Shown in pieces: positions 57,181 to 62,057 of a stretch of DNA of 62,057 nt. The DNA comes from a virus (Duplodnaviria; Caudoviricetes), in the IMG/VR virus record IMGVR_UViG_3300032285_002448, positions 1-62,057 of that record; one strand, 5' to 3'. The position numbers and the translations under genes are program-made. Within the stretch, counting starts at the first letter, position 1; each line of letters starts with the position of its first letter. The notes beneath the pieces were generated by a model. That model worked only from the letters and a program-made list of their open reading frames with translations. It did no database searches and had not been told where the DNA came from.

Positions 57181-57901
57181 ACGGCATTTTGGTTTGTTCA
57201 TCCCACCAATATAAACTGCGGTGTGGATTACTTATAGGTGTAGAGTTACTGCTGTAATAAAACAGTCGCAAGTTTTCTCGTTGCTGATCTGTAGGGCATG
57301 CTAACGGAGTAGGGTATCCGTGTATAAGTCGTTCGTCATAGTCCCATATGATTAGTCTATTAGGTATAGGGTACGTTTTTACCAAACACTCTGTGCGTTC
57401 AAAGTCCCAAAACTCTAGTGCGCCATTCCATTGTTCATCCCATTTGGGATTCAAATATAGGATAGCACTACAACTGCGATTTAGATGTAGTTGTTCGTTC
57501 CAATTAAAGTCTGTGTGCAGATTAAGAAAGTGTCCATTACTGCATGTTGATAAACCTGCTCCTACTAATTTAGGATCGCTTATGATACGATCTTTTCCAG
57601 TTAGTGCTTCCAGCCAATTAAGGAACACTCCGCTATTAAAACAATGTGTCAGTGTTTGTATTGTAGGAGCAGATGAGAATATCTTACACTCACGCATAAG
57701 ACTGCCCTTGCGTGTAAAGTTAGTCCATTGATAATCCGGTATCTGTGCAATTTCACTTTGAGCTTGTGTTAGAATATCTTTAGGCAAAAAGTCATCTATT
57801 ACCAAATAAGGCACAGGCTCTTTTTGAATGTAGTCTAAGTGATACTCTTTTGGATTATACTTTAGATACAGATTGTTAAAGTAATCATACAAAGATTTCA
57901 T
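57158..57901 (-). CDS. 2OG-Fe(II) oxygenase (prolyl hydroxylase-like)
   Basis: VIDDFLP, GAGL, LHTDFN, ILYLNPKW...GALEFW, PNRLII, HGYP and R..LRLFYY. Confidence 0.88.
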   Translation of the reverse strand: MKSLYDYFNNLYLKYNPKEYHLDYIQKEPVPYLVIDDFLPKDILTQAQSEIAQIPDYQWTNFTRKGSLMRECKIFSSAPTIQTLTHCFNSGVFLNWLEALTGKDRIISDPKLVGAGLSTCSNGHFLNLHTDFNWNEQLHLNRSCSAILYLNPKWDEQWNGALEFWDFERTECLVKTYPIPNRLIIWDYDERLIHGYPTPLACPTDQQRENLRLFYYSSNSTPISNPHRSLYWWDEQTKMPFDNRNER

Positions 57902-59082
57902 CGCTGTGTCTCTAGTTCAAATGCATCTGATAGCCACGTAAACTTAGGAAAGTTATTGTTAGTCCATTCTGCATTAGTTTGCAGGGTTTTTAGCATTGAC
58001 AAGTTGTATTCAGCAATCTCTTTACAGTCAGCAATTAAACTGTCATAAGCATCTTTGTCCAATGCGGCAATACGTGTTATCTCAGCGATCACTGCCCTAT
58101 GTCTTGTTTCGTTATCTACGATAGTGTCGTAACTTTCATCTATTAATCCCTCAAATGTTTTAAAGCCCATTCTTCTAATACATGCAAGGGTATAAGGAAC
58201 ACCATATGAAATAAACGGCCTATTACAAGCTATGGCCTTAAATGTTTTTTCAGTTAAGAATATAGGTTGAAACTTGGAATCATATGCTCGGCTACGAACA
58301 TATTCGTTTGGGTTGAACTGACTTTCTATTATAATGTTAATGTCTGCTTGTTGTATAGCCCTGTAGGTTGCCATATGGAATTTTAAATCCACTCGTGCAT
58401 CTAGATCGTAAGGTATTCCATTAATCCAAGAGTTTAATGGTTCCTGTGCAGTATCTATACCGTAGTTGAATAGATCCATACGCAATTCTGATAAAGGAAA
58501 TTTCTTAATAATGCCGTATGGAAATATATTGTGAAATGTAAACACAAAGTCTTTGATCAAATTATCATTTACTAAATTGGCAAAGAATCTAAGACGCCAG
58601 GGCCTGTAATTACGGCTAAGGCAACTGAACTTGTGTGTAGTTGCGGTATCTTCTTTAGGTATGTTAGTAGCTATCACGCTGTAGTAAGTAGAAGCAATGT
58701 TAACACCGGTTATACCTAGCTCAGCCAATCCATTACGCAAAAATTCTGCGTGTTCGTCATCTACTACAATTACAAACACTCTGTCTAAATCTAGATCTAG
58801 TGATACAATGCATGATGCTAGACTGTTGACAAATCTTTTGTCAAATGTTTCGTTACAATTCTCATAAACAAAACGGGTAGTTTTATCCAATTTAAAATGA
58901 TGCCAGTGTTCTTCTTCAAGACACCTAGCCATTGATACTTGCCCATTTAGCAAATCGTATAGTTGATAGTAGTAAACAGTATTGGGCTCAAACTTACACT
59001 CTCTTAAGGGTCTAATGTGTCTTAGGTTAAATTTGGAGTGCGGTATCTTGCCCGTTTTAGAATATATTTTGAGTTGGCTCAT
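57898..59082 (-). CDS. Glycosyltransferase-like protein (paralog of 52329..53597)
   Basis: FSCLSRNYRPWR...NIIIES...FLTEKTFKAIACNRPFI...GFKTF...IDESYD...EYN. Confidence 0.55.
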   Translation of the reverse strand: MSQLKIYSKTGKIPHSKFNLRHIRPLRECKFEPNTVYYYQLYDLLNGQVSMARCLEEEHWHHFKLDKTTRFVYENCNETFDKRFVNSLASCIVSLDLDLDRVFVIVVDDEHAEFLRNGLAELGITGVNIASTYYSVIATNIPKEDTATTHKFSCLSRNYRPWRLRFFANLVNDNLIKDFVFTFHNIFPYGIIKKFPLSELRMDLFNYGIDTAQEPLNSWINGIPYDLDARVDLKFHMATYRAIQQADINIIIESQFNPNEYVRSRAYDSKFQPIFLTEKTFKAIACNRPFISYGVPYTLACIRRMGFKTFEGLIDESYDTIVDNETRHRAVIAEITRIAALDKDAYDSLIADCKEIAEYNLSMLKTLQTNAEWTNNNFPKFTWLSDAFELETQR

Positions 59083-59089
59083 ACTTGAC

Positions 59090-59138
59090 TATTTAAAGTT
59101 CAGAATGTACAATGTGTAGTAATAGTGATACTTAAATA
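59090..59138. promoter_or_regulatory. Divergent late-like promoter pair
   Basis: TAAATA on minus (59095-59090, ATG 7 nt later) and TAAATA on plus (59133-59138, ATG 5 nt later). Confidence 0.6.
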
Positions 59139-59143
59139 AAATC

Positions 59144-59965
59144 ATGCAAACACAAATCGATCACACAACAAACCCAAATTTCAACCCAGATTCCCTTCCA
59201 CAGGAACAGACATTTAAGATTTCTGGAACACCCTTAGAAGTTATTCAAGCCCTAGCTTATGTTAGAGCACTAGGTGGTGGTCACGTATACATTGCTAAGG
59301 GTCTACTTGCGGCCAAGCATCGGTACTACTTAGGACACCCAGGGCCTGTAGATCTTACAGGACGTCTTAATGATGAAGACATTGAGATCATCCAAAGCCT
59401 AGCCCAAAACTGTTCTTACATTAGTGGTATTACAGAATGGGCTGGCCAGATCGTCGATTGGGATTTGGACAAGATTGATTATACTGTTGACATGGACAAT
59501 CGTTTCAATCGTCACCCTATGGATCGTTTTGGTAAAGTATGTAATGTCCATTGGACACAATGGAACATGATCAAGATGGCCAGCTGGTTAGATATTCCTG
59601 CTAACGTAGGACGTCCAACAGGCAAGGGTATTGTTGTTACTGGCTCAGGCTGGGAAGATCGTGAAGTATACAAAGCATGGGCTCAACAGGGCCTAGGCAA
59701 CATGAGCACTTTCTTGGGCTCAGAAGCAGATTACAAAGAGTGGGTGGCCGCAACGGGTATCAAAATGACTCGCGTAGGTTACAAGCACGTAGCGGAATTA
59801 GCACAGTGGATTAGTGGTGCTCAACAAGTCATCTGCACTCCAGGTTGGGGTGCGGCCATAGCGCAAGCTATCAACCAACGCTATCTAGTGCAGAGCCTGC
59901 CGGGCATTGAACTATGGCGTAACCCATGGGTAATCGGCGAACGTGGAAACAACGGACCATTCTAA
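59144..59965 (+). CDS. GT9 (heptosyltransferase)-like protein, tentative
   Basis: FLGSEADY...HVAELAQWISGAQQVIC....AAIAQAIN resembles a degenerate GT9 C-terminal motif. Confidence 0.4.
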   Translation: MQTQIDHTTNPNFNPDSLPQEQTFKISGTPLEVIQALAYVRALGGGHVYIAKGLLAAKHRYYLGHPGPVDLTGRLNDEDIEIIQSLAQNCSYISGITEWAGQIVDWDLDKIDYTVDMDNRFNRHPMDRFGKVCNVHWTQWNMIKMASWLDIPANVGRPTGKGIVVTGSGWEDREVYKAWAQQGLGNMSTFLGSEADYKEWVAATGIKMTRVGYKHVAELAQWISGAQQVICTPGWGAAIAQAINQRYLVQSLPGIELWRNPWVIGERGNNGPF

Positions 59966-60659
59966 ACAACAAGCACTCCTAGCAGAAGCTAGGGCAGTAT
60001 TAACACAACTCCAAGCAGTACGCAAAAAGATAGGGTCCAGCTCTGAATACTATGAGCTGTCCTATCCTGACATGTGGGTTATCTACAACACCCTATCAGG
60101 CAAACAAGCTGAAAAGTACATTGAGGGGTGGGTAGCACACTTACTCAAGGGTGCTAAACTACAAAGCCAAGACATTCCAGAACAAGACCGTGGGCATGAC
60201 TACGGCGACATTTGGGTAGGCCCTAATAAGACTCTAGGCTATAATAATGCAGAGCTCAAAGTTATCCTACGTGATGGGGGTAGTATTGGGGGCAAGCAGT
60301 TCCGTTTTTACGAGAACGTACCCTACTATGTGTTCTTCAAAGCATGGAGCCCAGAAAGCTACGAGCTGTTTGTATTGTCCAAACAAGAACTTGTAGCCGA
60401 AATCAAATACAGGGGCCGCAAGTATACCCAATTACGAGCATTTGGTGCAAGCCAGGGCACGGGTTGGATGACACGCACTACACCCTTAGAGGACAAGCTG
60501 GCTCGTTTGGACGAGAATTTGAGCAAGTCCAGTAGGGACCTTATCACATGGGAATTCAATGCCCTAACTGAAACAGAGTATTATGATCGTTTCCGAAAAC
60601 TCTACTCTGTTAGCTCAGAACAAGCCCTAAAACGAATTTACCAAAATGCCTTGACATAA
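59943..60659 (+). CDS. Hypothetical protein, possible PD-(D/E)xK nuclease
   Basis: GKQAEKYI...DYGDIW...NAELKV...QFR pattern. Confidence 0.45.
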   Translation: METTDHSKQQALLAEARAVLTQLQAVRKKIGSSSEYYELSYPDMWVIYNTLSGKQAEKYIEGWVAHLLKGAKLQSQDIPEQDRGHDYGDIWVGPNKTLGYNNAELKVILRDGGSIGGKQFRFYENVPYYVFFKAWSPESYELFVLSKQELVAEIKYRGRKYTQLRAFGASQGTGWMTRTTPLEDKLARLDENLSKSSRDLITWEFNALTETEYYDRFRKLYSVSSEQALKRIYQNALT

Positions 60660-60679
60660 AACCACTTTTGCTGTACAAT
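60651..60679 (+). promoter_or_regulatory. Sigma70 (early) promoter
   Basis: TTGACA(60651-60656)-N17-TACAAT(60674-60679), 29 nt before the ATG at 60709. Confidence 0.8.
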
Positions 60680-60708
60680 ATACACATATTAACAGCAAAG
60701 GCAACATC

Positions 60709-61836
60709 ATGGCATTCAAACTCAAATACGAAGAAGTTGTTCGGGTTCCTAACCCAATGACTACTCTGAACCCGCTCAAGCGGACTAAGGGCAAAACAGT
60801 TAGTCTACAAGATCGTGTGGACAAGTTGAACAAGAGTTCTGCTTGGAAAAAGACTGTTAAGAAATGGACAGGTGAGCAAAAACTGTTTGACCTTAATCGC
60901 ATGCCCAAGTTCAGCATGGAAAAGCTGGGCGTATTAGATATTGAAGAGCTTATTCAGCGTGAGCTAGATGACAAACATTGCTCTAACAAGATCGCCAATG
61001 TAGACTTGTTTGACCCTGCTCTACTGCAACCTGTTATCTGTATTAAAACCAGCAAGGGCAAGTTTATCAGCATTGACGCACAACATACTGCGGCAACTGT
61101 AGCGGCTCTAATTGATGCTGGCTTTATGCCCGGCGTAACAGACTGGAAAGAGTTTGAATATGCTTTCTGGTACATTGAAACAGACAATTTGGCCTATGCT
61201 CGCAAGGCATTTGGCATCCTTAACGGCAAGGGCAAAAAAGCACAAAGCCAATATCAGCAACTGCGTACCAGTGTGTTTGTTGTACGCATTGACAAAGACC
61301 GCACTGACCCAGAAGATGTAGAAGCAGAGCGTATGGTTAGTATTGCTGAAAAGCACAACTGTTTCCCTGTAGAAGAAAACAGTGACTTGCTCAAGCACCC
61401 AGGCACGTTTTCGAACGTTAGTATCTTTAAGACACTGACCTCCACAGAGCTAGATGTAGCATGTGAGTGGCACAACAAGTATTTCCATTACGAGGGTGTT
61501 CACGTTAACTTGTTCTTTATCTATCAACACCTGTGCCGAGAGTTTGGTGCGGCTCATATGCCCATTACAGACAAGTTTAAAGAAGAACTGGCCGCGCTTA
61601 TCCAAAGCCTGTTTGGCAACTTGTCACAGTTTGCAGAAAGCTGTAAAGAAGCTTATCGCCTGTACACTACCAAACAACATGGCTACCCAGGCAACTGGCG
61701 TGATGAAGCTTATGCTTGTGCCCTAGTGCAACTGTACCAAAAGTTTGGGGGTAAAGAAAAGATTGCACCCACCCTGTTGGATCGCTTTGATGATCTAGTT
61801 GAGTTCTTTGACGAGGACATTGTGAGCCTAGCATGA
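60709..61836 (+). CDS. ParB/Srx-like (DGQHR-type) domain protein
   Basis: IQRELD..H...I...FDP.LLQPV.......ISIDAQHT...F..LN resembles ParB-N/DndB DGQHR motifs. Confidence 0.55.
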   Translation: MAFKLKYEEVVRVPNPMTTLNPLKRTKGKTVSLQDRVDKLNKSSAWKKTVKKWTGEQKLFDLNRMPKFSMEKLGVLDIEELIQRELDDKHCSNKIANVDLFDPALLQPVICIKTSKGKFISIDAQHTAATVAALIDAGFMPGVTDWKEFEYAFWYIETDNLAYARKAFGILNGKGKKAQSQYQQLRTSVFVVRIDKDRTDPEDVEAERMVSIAEKHNCFPVEENSDLLKHPGTFSNVSIFKTLTSTELDVACEWHNKYFHYEGVHVNLFFIYQHLCREFGAAHMPITDKFKEELAALIQSLFGNLSQFAESCKEAYRLYTTKQHGYPGNWRDEAYACALVQLYQKFGGKEKIAPTLLDRFDDLVEFFDEDIVSLA

Positions 61837-62057
61837 GCTACTACCTGTATCTAGTGACCAGTGTTGGGGGCAGGGCTGGGTTTGGCATTGCTGAAGACTA
61901 TAGAGAGCGTAACAAACACTATGCCAGCCACTCAGGTGACATAGTCAAGTTCAGCTATATCTATACGGGCATACGTGCCAAAGCCAAAGCCCTAGAGCGT
62001 ACTATCAAACGTCAGTACGTGGACAATATCTGGATGGTAGATGACTGGAAGACCGAA
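61833..62057 (+). CDS. GIY-YIG-like protein, partial (runs off window end; not in ORF track)
   Basis: MSYYLYLVTSVGGRAGFGIAEDYRERNKHY...AKALERTIKRQY..., with an ATGA overlap with the upstream stop. Confidence 0.55.
   Translation, partial: MSYYLYLVTSVGGRAGFGIAEDYRERNKHYASHSGDIVKFSYIYTGIRAKAKALERTIKRQYVDNIWMVDDWKTE

Noticed and set aside
21081-59965. Cellular O-antigen/capsule locus or classical secondary-metabolite cluster
   Set aside because: There is no flippase, polymerase, transporter, regulator, NRPS or PKS. The context is phage (fibres, phage ligase, late boxes), and the strand switches frequently.
1-62057. Alternative genetic code (stop-codon reassignment), as seen in some large phages
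   Set aside because: Genes are full length in the standard code, coding density is high, and TAA, TGA and TAG all end genes at sensible positions.
1-62057. CRISPR array, tRNA, rRNA, integrase/transposase or DGR reverse transcriptase
   Set aside because: I saw no spaced direct repeats, cloverleaf-like sequence or catalytic motifs, and intergenic space is minimal. A tRNAscan/Infernal run would be needed to exclude small RNAs fully.

Overview
This AT-rich, densely coding window looks like part of a large T4-like or jumbo tailed-phage genome. It has tail-fibre genes, an ATP-dependent DNA ligase, an HNH nuclease, an isolated IF-1, a SleB-type cell-wall hydrolase, consensus sigma70 promoters and many T4-late-like TA(A/G/T)TA boxes. 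I saw no rRNA, tRNA, CRISPR array or integrase. Layout: (1) 1-8.1 kb, minus-strand fibre/virion genes with an S8 subtilase. (2) 8.2-14.6 kb, HNH, epimerase, infA, 2OG oxygenases, ligase, a flavin halogenase-like gene and two A-type Fe-S carriers. (3) 14.6-20.7 kb, three proteins sharing a probable virion domain; one is a 1450-aa subtilase-Ig-esterase-Ig-anchor fusion. (4) About 21-60 kb, a very large tailoring-enzyme island: 9 radical SAM proteins, about 10 2OG-Fe(II)/AspH-like oxygenases (about 12 in the whole window), about 7 glycosyltransferase-like proteins, carbamoyltransferase, sulfotransferase, an APS-kinase fusion, 3 degenerate kinase-like paralogs, and PP-loop, GNAT, methyltransferase, SGNH, SDR and nitroreductase-like genes. 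Many of these genes sit in divergent cassettes behind late-promoter boxes only 4-8 nt from the ATG, suggesting leaderless mRNAs. (5) 60-62 kb, a nuclease/ParB-like module. The best candidate for an undescribed system is a late-expressed phage 'chemical decoration' pathway, possibly acting on the neighbouring Ser/Thr-rich virion fibres. All functional calls come from motifs read by eye; no database search was run. Several start codons were moved from the supplied ORF track where overlaps or promoters support a later start.
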